In this document: piece by piece, positions 45,351 to 55,647 of the stretch
Position numbering within the stretch: the stretch's first letter is position 1
Layout: each line of letters opens with the position of its first letter
Assembly: GCA_018268755.1 (NCBI GenBank)
Contig: JAFDVW010000018.1
Coordinates: 46,791-110,790 of the forward strand
Origin: Acidobacteriota bacterium
GTDB lineage: Bacteria > Acidobacteriota > Terriglobia > Terriglobales > Acidobacteriaceae
Direction: 5' to 3'
Length of the DNA: 64,000 nt
Made by a program: the position numbers and the translations under genes
Notes under the pieces: model-generated
What the model was told of the DNA's origin: nothing
Databases searched by the model: none
The model's input: only the letters and a program-made list of their open reading frames with translations

Positions 45351-46382
45351 ATGGATATCCGAGAAATTGCGAAGCGAGCCAAAGTCTCGACGGCCACCGT
45401 GTCCCGCACCATCAATCGTGTGCCCTCGGTCAACCCACAGTTGGCGCGCCGGGTGTGGAGCGTGGTCGAGGAGCTAGGGTACTACCCCAACACCCAGGCC
45501 CGCGCCCTGGTGTCGGGCAAGAGCCGCATCTTTGGACTGATTGTTTCCGAGATCACCAATCCCTTCTTTCCTGAGATTGTGCAGGTCTTCGAAAACATAG
45601 CGGTGCAGCACGGCTATGAAATCCTGCTGACCTCGACGGTGCACGATCCCAAACGCATGGAGATCTCCGTGCGGCGCATGATTGAACGGCGCGTGGAAGG
45701 GGTGGCCGTCATGACCTTCGGCATGGAAGAACTGGTGCTGGAGGACCTGAAGCTGCGCAATGTTCCCCTGGTCTTCGTGGATGTAGGGCCCTCCCGGGCG
45801 CACGTCAGCAATATCCGCATCGATTATCTGCATGGCATCCGGCAGGCGGTGCAGCACCTGGCGGCGCTGCGCCATGAGCGAATCGCCTTCATCACCGGCC
45901 CGCTCCAGTTGCGCTCCGCGGCCACCCGGCAGCAATGCTTCCTGCACTGCATGGAAGAGATCGGGCTGACGGTCGACCCTAAACTCATAGTAGAAGGCGA
46001 CCACACCATGGAAGGCGGCATGGTTGCGTTCAGCCAGCTGCTGAAGCAGCCCGTGATGCCGACCGCCGTGCTTTGCTCCAACGATATGACGGCCATCGGA
46101 GTGATGCGGCGCTGCCACGAAGAAGGCATCCTGATCCCGCGTGACCTTTCGGTGGTGGGCTTTGATGACATTCGTATGGCGCAGTTCATGCTGCCTCCAC
46201 TGACCACAATCCAGATGTCGCAGGCCGAACTGGCTCGCCTCGCCTTCCATGCCTTGCTCAGCGAGGTACAGAATGAGAGTGCGCCCAACGGCGCGGAATA
46301 CTTTCTGAAGACCAGTCTGGTGCTCCGGGAATCCACCGGCTTAGCCCCCAGCCGCAAATCCCGCCCGGAAAAATCGGGATGA
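45351..46382 (+). CDS. LacI-family transcriptional regulator
   Basis: HTH MDIREIAKRAKVSTATVSRTINRVPSVN plus a sugar-binding core. Start set to the ATG at 45351. Confidence 0.88.
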   Translation: MDIREIAKRAKVSTATVSRTINRVPSVNPQLARRVWSVVEELGYYPNTQARALVSGKSRIFGLIVSEITNPFFPEIVQVFENIAVQHGYEILLTSTVHDPKRMEISVRRMIERRVEGVAVMTFGMEELVLEDLKLRNVPLVFVDVGPSRAHVSNIRIDYLHGIRQAVQHLAALRHERIAFITGPLQLRSAATRQQCFLHCMEEIGLTVDPKLIVEGDHTMEGGMVAFSQLLKQPVMPTAVLCSNDMTAIGVMRRCHEEGILIPRDLSVVGFDDIRMAQFMLPPLTTIQMSQAELARLAFHALLSEVQNESAPNGAEYFLKTSLVLRESTGLAPSRKSRPEKSG

Positions 46383-46421
46383 GGAGGGAAAGGGGGGAGG
46401 GGGGTGAAAATAAATGTTACA

Positions 46422-46433
46422 GTAAACGTTTAC
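46422..46433. promoter_or_regulatory. candidate LacI-type operator, perfect palindrome GTAAACGTTTAC
   Basis: Perfect 12-bp palindrome centred on CG, about 80 nt upstream of the araD-like start and directly downstream of the LacI gene. Confidence 0.6.
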
Positions 46434-46442
46434 CCCCACATA

Positions 46443-46454
46443 GTGAACGTTTAC
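46443..46454. promoter_or_regulatory. candidate LacI-type operator GTGAACGTTTAC
   Basis: One mismatch to the neighbouring perfect palindrome, 21 bp centre-to-centre from it. Followed by TAATAT (-10-like) at ~46460. Confidence 0.55.
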
Positions 46455-46513
46455 GGTGGTAATATGGTTCGCGGTTGGGGCGGCCCTCTCGGGCCGGGAA
46501 GCACGTACCTATC

Positions 46514-47215
46514 ATGTTGCTAAAAACTCTGCGGGAAGAAGTCCTCGAGGCGAACCTGGAATTGGTCAGGCGCGGACTCGTGCTCTACACCTTCGGCAAT
46601 GTCAGCGGCATCTCGCGTCAGGATGCTTTGGTCGCCATCAAGCCCAGTGGAGTTCCTTACGAAGAATTGAAGCCGGAACACATCGTGATCTCGGACCTGG
46701 AAGGGCGGACGGTCGAGGGCACGCTGCGGCCCTCCTCCGATCTTCCCACCCACCTGGAACTATACAAACACTTCCCCAACATCGGCGGCGTGGCCCACAC
46801 CCACTCCGAGTTCGCTACCGCTTGGGCACAGGCGCGGAAACCGATTCCCTGCTTCGGCACCACCCATGCGGACTATTTTTATGGCTCCGTCCCCGTGACC
46901 CCGGAGCTGACCCCGGAAGAAATTTCCGCTGCCTACGAAAAGAACACCGGGGTCGTCATTTGTCGCACTTTTGCCCAGATCGACCCCGACGCCGTCCCCG
47001 GCGTCCTGGTGGCCAACCATGCTCCTTTTTGTTGGGGCAAGAATGCCGCCGAAGCTTCTCACCACGCAGTTGTTCTTGAATATGTTGCGCGTATGGCGTA
47101 TTACACAGTGGGCATTCGCCCCGAAGCGAAGCCCCTGGCGCAGGAACTCCACGACAAGCATTTTCTGCGCAAGCACGGAAGCAACGCCTATTACGGACAG
47201 GTCAATAAAAAATGA
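46514..47215 (+). CDS. araD: L-ribulose-5-phosphate 4-epimerase (class II aldolase/adducin family)
   Basis: 233 aa from the ATG at 46514. LVLYTFGNVSG, KPSGV and HTHS..ATAWAQ motifs as in AraD. Located in an operon with a ribulokinase gene. Confidence 0.85.
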   Translation: MLLKTLREEVLEANLELVRRGLVLYTFGNVSGISRQDALVAIKPSGVPYEELKPEHIVISDLEGRTVEGTLRPSSDLPTHLELYKHFPNIGGVAHTHSEFATAWAQARKPIPCFGTTHADYFYGSVPVTPELTPEEISAAYEKNTGVVICRTFAQIDPDAVPGVLVANHAPFCWGKNAAEASHHAVVLEYVARMAYYTVGIRPEAKPLAQELHDKHFLRKHGSNAYYGQVNKK

Positions 47216-48915
47216 CTCTAGCTGCCTTTTTTTTGGAGACGTCCCGGCTCGTCCGCTTATCTTCAGTGGACATTCTGATCATCATCTTCTATTTCGCCCT
47301 CGTCTTGGCGATTGGATTCTACCTTCGTGGCCATGCCCACACCGGCGAGGATTTCTTCATGGCCGGCCGCGAAATGACGGCCTGGGTCGCCGGACTGAGT
47401 TTTCTCTCCGCCAACCTGGGCGCCCTGGAGCTGATGGGTTGGGCCGGTTCGGCATACCAATACGGCATTCTGGCCACCCACTGGTATTGGGTGGGCGCGA
47501 TTCCGGCCATGCTGTTTCTGGCGCTGGTCATGATGCCCTTTTACTACATCTCCAAGACGCACTCCGTGCCGGGATATCTCAAGCTGCGTTTCGGAGAATC
47601 CAGCCGCGCCCTCTCCGCCGTCTCCTTCGCCTTCATGACCGTGCTCATGAGCGGCGTCAATATGTTTGCCATGGCCAAGGTCATGCAAATTGTGCTGGGC
47701 TGGCCGCTCTCCTTCAGCATCTGGATTTCCTCGCTGACCGTGGCCATCTACGTCGCCCTGGGCGGCCTGCGTTCCGCCATCTTTAATGAAGTTTTGCAGT
47801 TCTTCCTCATCTGGGCGGGAGCACTGTTGATTCCCATCCTCGGGCTGTACGAAGCCGGCGGCTGGAGCAATCTGAAAGTATTGATCACGCAACGGGCCTC
47901 GGCGGAATACGTCCACCTGTGGTCCGGTTTGGGACATTTCTCGAACAATCCCATGGGGATCAATTGGGTGGGCATTGTCTTCGGGCTGGGAGCGGTCATC
48001 TCCATGGGTTACTGGACCACCGACTTTCTGGTGGTGCAGCGCATCCTGGCCGCCAAAGACATGCGCAGCGCGCAGTTGGCCCCCATCATCGGCGCCGGCT
48101 TCAAGATGTTCGTTCCCATCATCGTGATCCTGCCCGGACTGCTCGGCCTGGGTATTCTGCCCATGAAGCTCTCCGGCGAGGCGGACGCTCTGCTCCACGG
48201 CGGGCACAGCTACAACGATGTGCTTCCTCTCATGCTGGCGCGCTACTGTGGCCCCGGTCTGCTGGGTCTAGGCGTGACCGCCCTGATTGCCGGCTTCATG
48301 TCGGGCATGGCCGGGAACGTGAGCGCGTTCACCACCGTGTGGACCTACGACATCTATCGTGCGCTCATCAACAAGGACGCCAGCGACGCCCACTACGTAA
48401 AAATGGGCCGCTGGACCACGGTCATTGGCGTGCTCATCAGCGTGGGCACAGCCTATCTGGTGATGCGCGCCGCCAGCATTATGGACTACGTACAGGCGTT
48501 GTTCAGCTTCTTCATCGCACCCCTGTTCGGCACCGTGCTGCTCGGCATGTTGTGGAAACGGGCCACCGGCCCCGGCGGGTTCTGGGGCCTGTTGTGCGGC
48601 ACCATGACTTCGATCGGGATGTGGGCCTGGGTGCACGCCGACCCGTCCGCCTTGCGCTACGTCGCCTTGTCGTCCGAAGCCAAAACCATGGCCCAGGACA
48701 TGTTCCAGGCGCTGTGGTCGTTCGTGGTGTGCGTCATCGTCACGGTGACGGTCAGTCTGTTGACCAAGCCGAAACCCGATGCGGAACTGGAAGGGCTCGT
48801 CTATGGGCTCACGCCCATTCCCGCGGAAGGACCGGTGAGCGTGTTGCATAAGCCGGTCTTCTGGGCCGCAGTGGTAGCCACCATCTTCGTAATTCTGAAC
48901 ATTATCTTCTGGTAG
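47212..48915 (+). CDS. sodium:solute symporter (SSS/SGLT family)
   Basis: 567 aa with about 13-14 TM. N-terminal DILIIIFYFALVLAIGFYLRG...GEDFFMAGREM is typical of the SSS family. ATGA overlap with araD. Confidence 0.88.
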   Translation: MTLAAFFLETSRLVRLSSVDILIIIFYFALVLAIGFYLRGHAHTGEDFFMAGREMTAWVAGLSFLSANLGALELMGWAGSAYQYGILATHWYWVGAIPAMLFLALVMMPFYYISKTHSVPGYLKLRFGESSRALSAVSFAFMTVLMSGVNMFAMAKVMQIVLGWPLSFSIWISSLTVAIYVALGGLRSAIFNEVLQFFLIWAGALLIPILGLYEAGGWSNLKVLITQRASAEYVHLWSGLGHFSNNPMGINWVGIVFGLGAVISMGYWTTDFLVVQRILAAKDMRSAQLAPIIGAGFKMFVPIIVILPGLLGLGILPMKLSGEADALLHGGHSYNDVLPLMLARYCGPGLLGLGVTALIAGFMSGMAGNVSAFTTVWTYDIYRALINKDASDAHYVKMGRWTTVIGVLISVGTAYLVMRAASIMDYVQALFSFFIAPLFGTVLLGMLWKRATGPGGFWGLLCGTMTSIGMWAWVHADPSALRYVALSSEAKTMAQDMFQALWSFVVCVIVTVTVSLLTKPKPDAELEGLVYGLTPIPAEGPVSVLHKPVFWAAVVATIFVILNIIFW

Positions 48916-48929
48916 AAACGGGGGCGACA

Positions 48930-49157
48930 ATGGCAAAAAAGGAAATTTCCATCTGGCTGTTCATTGGATTCGCGCTCCTGGTGAACGGAGTGCTCATTCT
49001 GGGCGCCGGGATTTACCAGTACGTGAATCCACCCGCCGACAAGGTCGTGCTGTTCCAGCTCCACGCCGGCATCTGGTGGGGCGGGCTGCTGGCCGCCATC
49101 GGAGCGATTTATTGCTGGTATTACTCGCCGGGCAAGGAAGCCGCGCGCAACCAATAA
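48930..49157 (+). CDS. small two-TM membrane protein, hypothetical
   Basis: 75 aa with two hydrophobic helices (ISIWLFIGFALLVNGVLILGAGI; IWWGGLLAAIGAIYCWYY). Lies 14 nt after the symporter stop, inside the operon. Confidence 0.55.
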   Translation: MAKKEISIWLFIGFALLVNGVLILGAGIYQYVNPPADKVVLFQLHAGIWWGGLLAAIGAIYCWYYSPGKEAARNQ

Positions 49158-49187
49158 GCTTCTTTTCATTTGATATGTGAGGACGCA

Positions 49188-50603
<1,416 letters not shown>

Positions 50604-50626
50604 AACATCCCGGGGGGCATCGACGC

Positions 50627-52198
50627 ATGGCCATTGTGGCAGGTGTGGACTTTGGCACGCTCAGCGTGCGGGTTTCCATTGTTGACAGCAAGAAGGGCGT
50701 CTTAGGATCCGCGGTTTCCGAGTATCCACTGCATCGCAAACGCGAAGATCCGGATTACGCCACCCAGTCCCATCACGACCACATGCGGGCGCTGGCCGAA
50801 GCCACCCGCCAGGCAGTCAAGGATGCCGGCATCGCCGGCGATCAGGTGGAAGCCATGGCCCTCGATACCACTGGATCGAGCGTCATTCCGGTGGGCGAAG
50901 GCCTGGTTCCGCTCGACGATTACTACCTCTGGTGCGACCACCGCGCCAAAAATGAGGCCGCCGAGATCACCGAACTGGCCCATCGCGAGAACCTGCAGGC
51001 CATCGAGTGGTGCGGCGGCGTCTACTCCTCGGAATGGGGATTCTCCAAGCTGCTGCACTGGCTGCGACACAATCCGGAGAAACGCGGCAAGTTCGTCTCT
51101 GCCTTTGAGCACTGCGACATGGTAGCGGCGACCTTGTGCGGGATCACCGATCCCAAGCAAGTCAAGCGCAGCATCTGCGCCATGGGCCACAAGTGGATGT
51201 GGAATGCGCAGCTGGGCGGCCTGCCTCCGGAGAGCTTCCTCACCAAGGTCGATTCCCTGCTGGCCGGGGTGCGGGAGAAACTGGACGGCCCATATGCTAC
51301 GTCGGATCAGATTGCCGGCAAGCTGAACCCGCCGTGGGCGGAAAAGCTGGGCCTGAAAGCGGGCATTCCCATCCCGGTAGGCGCCTTCGACGCGCATTGG
51401 GACGCCATCGGCGCCGGCGCACGGGAAGGCGATGTGGTCAATGTGGTGGGCACCTCGACCTGCATCATTGCCTACGTCAAGAAGGCAGAGCTGATTCCCG
51501 GTGTCTGCGGCGTAGTGCAAGGCAGTGTGCATCCCCAGTTCACCGGCGTCGAAGCGGGACTCTCCGCAACCGGTGACATCTTCAGCGCTATCGCCACGCG
51601 CGCCAATACTACTGTGGCTGAATTGAGCAAGGGCCTCGAGCAATACCGGGCGGGACAGACCGGCTTGTTGCGCATGACCTGGGACAACGGCGACCGCACG
51701 GTGCTGGTGAACCCCAATCTCGGCGGTATCACCCTGGGCTGGAACCTGCAAAGCACGGCCCAGGACGAGCTGTTTGCCGCCATCGAAGGCACCGCCTTCC
51801 ACACTCGTGTGATCCTCGACCGCATGACCGAATACGGCGCGCCCACGCAGCGGGTGATCAACGGTGGAGGTATCCCGCAGAACAACGCGGTCCTCAATCA
51901 GGTGTACGCCAACGTGCTGGGACGGCCGGTGCTGGTGCCGGCGAGCAAAGTCACCGGCGTGGGCTCGGCCATCTTTGCCTTCCTGGCCGCAGGGGCATTT
52001 AAAACCTTGGACGAAGCACAGGCCGCCATCTGCCCCAAGCATACGGTGTTCGCCCCCCAGCCTGAAGCGCAGAAAGTATATGCGGATTTATATGAGCTTT
52101 ATCGCCGCATCTACTTTGATTTTGGGAGGCCGGAGAAAGACAACAAATTCGGCGGGGTATTGCCCAAACTGATTCAACTGGCGCGGGGCTGCCGATAG
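50627..52198 (+). CDS. araB: ribulokinase / FGGY-family pentulose kinase
   Basis: FGGY N-terminal motif AGVDFGTLSVRVSIVD. About 520 aa. Internal blocks GTSTC and GGGIPQNN..L.Q.YANVLGRPV as in AraB-type kinases. Confidence 0.8.
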   Translation: MAIVAGVDFGTLSVRVSIVDSKKGVLGSAVSEYPLHRKREDPDYATQSHHDHMRALAEATRQAVKDAGIAGDQVEAMALDTTGSSVIPVGEGLVPLDDYYLWCDHRAKNEAAEITELAHRENLQAIEWCGGVYSSEWGFSKLLHWLRHNPEKRGKFVSAFEHCDMVAATLCGITDPKQVKRSICAMGHKWMWNAQLGGLPPESFLTKVDSLLAGVREKLDGPYATSDQIAGKLNPPWAEKLGLKAGIPIPVGAFDAHWDAIGAGAREGDVVNVVGTSTCIIAYVKKAELIPGVCGVVQGSVHPQFTGVEAGLSATGDIFSAIATRANTTVAELSKGLEQYRAGQTGLLRMTWDNGDRTVLVNPNLGGITLGWNLQSTAQDELFAAIEGTAFHTRVILDRMTEYGAPTQRVINGGGIPQNNAVLNQVYANVLGRPVLVPASKVTGVGSAIFAFLAAGAFKTLDEAQAAICPKHTVFAPQPEAQKVYADLYELYRRIYFDFGRPEKDNKFGGVLPKLIQLARGCR

Positions 52199-52209
52199 TA
52201 CCGAGCTAA

Positions 52210-52286
52210 CTCTGTGGAACTCTGTGTCCTCCGTGGTTAAGAACCTAAAAAAAAACAAACCACAGAGGACACAGAATTCCACGGAG
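52210..52286. repeat. REP-like unit, family C
   Basis: CTCTGTGGAACTCTGTGTCCTCCGTGG (52210-52236) and CCACAGAGGACACAGAATTCCACGGAG (52260-52286) form a 27-nt imperfect inverted repeat around an A-rich loop. Same family as 14962-15040. Confidence 0.75.
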
Positions 52287-52328
52287 AAAGGCAAACTAAG
52301 CAGATTCTTATTCGCGGAAAGCTTCGCG

Positions 52329-53003
52329 ATGTTATTGTGTGGAGTGATCCAGATTTCATGCCAAGGCCTGCTCTTTGACCTGGATGGAGTGCTCATCAAC
52401 TCCACCCCTGCGGTAGCTCGCGTATGGACCCAGTGGGCGCTCGAACGCGGCTTCGATCCCGCGGAAGTGGTACACAAGGCGCACGGGCGGCCCAGCATCG
52501 CGACTATCCGCGACTTTCTTCCACACGCCGACCACCTCGCCGAGAACAAGGAAGTGGAGCGGCGGGAGATCGAAGATCTGGAGGGCGTCGTGCCACTCCC
52601 CGGAGCGCACCAACTGCTCGCTTCCCTGCCGCTGGAGGCGTGGGCCATTGTGACTTCCTGCACCCGTCCCCTGGCGGAAGTGCGGGTGAAAGCGGCGGGC
52701 TTGCCGCTGCCCAAACACTTCCTGACATCTTCCGAAGTCACCCACGGGAAGCCGCATCCCGAGCCGTATTTAAAGGGGGCGGCCATGCTGGGCGTGGCCG
52801 CCGAACGCTGCGTAGTCTTTGAAGACGTGCCCGCCGGCATTCGTTCCGGCCGGGAGGCCGGCGCAAAAGTCGTCGCCTTCCGCACCACGATTGCGGAAGA
52901 GGCCCTGCGCCAGGCCGGCGCGGATTGGGTTTTGGACAACTGCGGGGCCGTGTCTTGCTCCGTAGAAACGGGCGGCGCTCTGACGCTTCGCCTGGCGGTA
53001 TAA
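52329..53003 (+). CDS. HAD-IA family hydrolase (sugar-phosphate phosphatase / beta-phosphoglucomutase-like)
   Basis: Motif I LLFDLDGVLINS, plus later GKPHPEPY and FEDVPAGIRSGREAG. Start moved to the ATG at 52329 because the upstream codons translate the REP unit. Confidence 0.8.
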   Translation: MLLCGVIQISCQGLLFDLDGVLINSTPAVARVWTQWALERGFDPAEVVHKAHGRPSIATIRDFLPHADHLAENKEVERREIEDLEGVVPLPGAHQLLASLPLEAWAIVTSCTRPLAEVRVKAAGLPLPKHFLTSSEVTHGKPHPEPYLKGAAMLGVAAERCVVFEDVPAGIRSGREAGAKVVAFRTTIAEEALRQAGADWVLDNCGAVSCSVETGGALTLRLAV

Positions 53004-53082
53004 GGTGCGCCGGCGAAGCTCCTGACTTCGCCGGCCCGCCTGAAGCATTTTCGCCCGGTCCTCCGAGTTTGAGGTCACCATC

Positions 53083-55581
53083 ATGCGAAAGTCATTATGT
53101 TTGTCAGCCCTTGTTCTTCTCCTCTGCTCACTTCTCAGCGCCCAATCCAACCCGCCTTCCGCTTCCGAGGTCGAGCAACGCGCCAACGACATCCTCAGCA
53201 AGATGACCCTGGAAGAAAAGATCGACTATCTCGGAGGCGTTGACGAGTTCTATATTCGCACCCTGCCTCGGCTGGGGCTGCCCGCTTTCAAGATGGCGGA
53301 CGGCCCGGTGGGCGTGCGGAACTATGGCCCGTCTACCACCATGGGGGGCGTGGCCTTGGCGGCCACCTGGGACCCGGAGGTGGTACGGCGGCTGGGCGTC
53401 ACTCTAGGACAGGACTCGCGCGCTCGTGGCGTGCACTTCCTGCTGGGGCCGGGCGTCAATATCTATCGCGCACCCATGGCGGGCCGCAGCTTTGAGTACC
53501 TGGGCGAAGACCCTTATCTAGCCGGGCGCATCGCCGCCGCCTACATTACAGGTTTACAGTCGCAAAACGTCTGCGCCACCATCAAGCACTACATGGGCAA
53601 CAACCAGGAGTACAGCCGCCACAAAGTGGATTCGCTCATCGATGAACGCACCATGCGGGAAATTTATCTTCCCGTCTTCGAGACCGCGGTGAAAGATGCG
53701 CACGTCTGCGCCATCATGACCTCCTACAACCTGACCAACGGCGAGCACATGTCGCAGAACGGCCATCTGAATAATGATGTGGCCAAGAAGGAGTGGGGTT
53801 TTGACGGCATCCTCATGTCCGACTGGGGATCGACCTACGACGCAATCGGTGCGGTCAATGGGGGGCTCGACCTGGAAATGCCTTCCGGGGAGTTCATGAA
53901 CCGGAAAAACCTGCTACCTGCAATCAAGTCGGGCAAAGTAAGCACGGCGACCATTGACGACCATGTGCGGCGCATTCTGCGCAAGGCCATCCAGTTTGGC
54001 TGGCTTGACCACGAGCAAACCGACCTTTCCATTCCACGCTACAACCAGGCAGGCCGCGCCGTGGCCCTGCAGGCCGCGCGCGAGGGCATGGTGCTGCTGA
54101 AAAATGAGAACGACCTGTTGCCGCTTGATAAAACAAAAACCAAAACCGTGCTCGTGGTCGGCCCGGACGCCTATCCGGCGCAGCCCGTCGGCGGAGGCAG
54201 CGCGGGCGTGAAGCCCTTTGCCGCTATCAGCTACATGGAGGGGCTGGCAAACTATCTGGGAACGAGAGTCACGCTCACTTATCACCCCGGCATCGCTCCC
54301 TTATCGGATATTGCCGGCTCGACCCCCTTTTCCACCGACACGACCGGCGGCAAGCCCGGGCTGAAGGCGGAATACTTCAAGTCCGTAGACCTGAGCGGAG
54401 CGTTGCTCGAAACGCGAGTGGATGAACATATCAACTTCGGCTGGAATTGGCCGTGGTTCAGCAAACTGCCGGAGCAGGCCAAATCCGTGCGCTGGTCCGG
54501 CTACTACACCGTGAAGGACGCCGGAGAATATGTCCTCTTTGTACAAGGACCGGGGGAAGGCAACGGTTATCGGCTTTTCCTCGATGACAAAAAGGTGGTC
54601 GACAACTGGAGTCGAGCCGAAGCGCTCATCAGTTACGCCACGCTTAAGCTGGCGCCCGGCGCGCACAAAGTACGCCTGGAGTTTTACCGCACCTGGAGTG
54701 ATCCGGACGTGAAGTTCGGCATCTTCAACCAGGCCACAGTGGTCGACGCGGAAGCGAAAGCGCTGGCCGCCAGGGCAGACGCCGTGGTGGTTGCCGTCGG
54801 CTTTGATCCCAACAGCGAGAGCGAAGGCTCGGACCGCACCTTCGCACTGCCTCCGGGGCAGGACGTGCTGATCCAGCAGATGCGCGCGGCCAACAAAAAC
54901 ACCATCGTCGTGCTCACCTCGGGCGGCGGAGTCGACATGAATGCCTGGATCGACAAAGTTCCGGCCATCTTCGAAAGCTGGTATTCCGGACAAGAAGGCG
55001 GCACGGCGCTGGCGCAGCTGCTGTTCGGCGACTATAGCCCGTCGGGTAAGTTGCCGGCCAGCTTTGAGCGGCGCTTTGCGGACAACCCGGTATCGGCCAA
55101 CTACTATCCCAACGCCGGGGAACTCAAGCTGAAATACAACGAATGTGTCTTTCTCGGCTATCGTTACTACGATAAAGGCCAGGTCAAGCCGCTCTTCCCG
55201 TTTGGGTTTGGCCTGTCGTATACGAGTTTCAAATACAGCAAGCTGACGGTCGCGCCGGAGAACGGTAACGCCGAGAGCGTGACCGTTTCCTTTGAGGTCA
55301 CCAATACCGGATCCCGGGAAGGAGCGGAGGTTGCCGAATTGTATGTGGGCGACCGCCACGCCAGCGTGCCGCGTCCGATCAAAGAGCTGAAGGGATTTGC
55401 CCGCGTGGACCTTCTACCTGGCGAAACCAAGAGCGTGAGTCTCAAGCTCGACCGGCGGGCCTTCTCTTATTATGATGCCGGCAATAGGCAGTGGGCGGCC
55501 GAGCCCGGCGATTTTGACATCCTGATCGGGAGTTCGTCAGACAACATTGAACTGCGCGGCAGGTACAAGCTGTCGCAGTAG
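53083..55581 (+). CDS. glycoside hydrolase family 3 (beta-glucosidase/xylosidase-like) with inserted PA14 domain
   Basis: Signal MRKSLCLSALVLLLCSLLSAQ. GH3 nucleophile context GILMSDWGS. PA14-like block KPGLKAEYFKS...WSGYYTVKDAGEYVLFVQG. C-terminal fibronectin-like domain (ELKGFARVDLLPGETKSV). Confidence 0.88.
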   Translation: MRKSLCLSALVLLLCSLLSAQSNPPSASEVEQRANDILSKMTLEEKIDYLGGVDEFYIRTLPRLGLPAFKMADGPVGVRNYGPSTTMGGVALAATWDPEVVRRLGVTLGQDSRARGVHFLLGPGVNIYRAPMAGRSFEYLGEDPYLAGRIAAAYITGLQSQNVCATIKHYMGNNQEYSRHKVDSLIDERTMREIYLPVFETAVKDAHVCAIMTSYNLTNGEHMSQNGHLNNDVAKKEWGFDGILMSDWGSTYDAIGAVNGGLDLEMPSGEFMNRKNLLPAIKSGKVSTATIDDHVRRILRKAIQFGWLDHEQTDLSIPRYNQAGRAVALQAAREGMVLLKNENDLLPLDKTKTKTVLVVGPDAYPAQPVGGGSAGVKPFAAISYMEGLANYLGTRVTLTYHPGIAPLSDIAGSTPFSTDTTGGKPGLKAEYFKSVDLSGALLETRVDEHINFGWNWPWFSKLPEQAKSVRWSGYYTVKDAGEYVLFVQGPGEGNGYRLFLDDKKVVDNWSRAEALISYATLKLAPGAHKVRLEFYRTWSDPDVKFGIFNQATVVDAEAKALAARADAVVVAVGFDPNSESEGSDRTFALPPGQDVLIQQMRAANKNTIVVLTSGGGVDMNAWIDKVPAIFESWYSGQEGGTALAQLLFGDYSPSGKLPASFERRFADNPVSANYYPNAGELKLKYNECVFLGYRYYDKGQVKPLFPFGFGLSYTSFKYSKLTVAPENGNAESVTVSFEVTNTGSREGAEVAELYVGDRHASVPRPIKELKGFARVDLLPGETKSVSLKLDRRAFSYYDAGNRQWAAEPGDFDILIGSSSDNIELRGRYKLSQ

Positions 55582-55647
55582 TACGGGCGGCCCAGCGGTA
55601 AGGCCAGCCGCTTCAGGGGCCCTTCATCTTCGCTTTGAGGAGAGTGC

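Noticed and set aside
52224-52328. N-terminal extension of the HAD hydrolase ORF
   Set aside because: These codons (SSVVKNLKKNKPQRTQNSTEKG) translate the family-C REP unit. The ATG at 52329 directly precedes the DxDG motif region.
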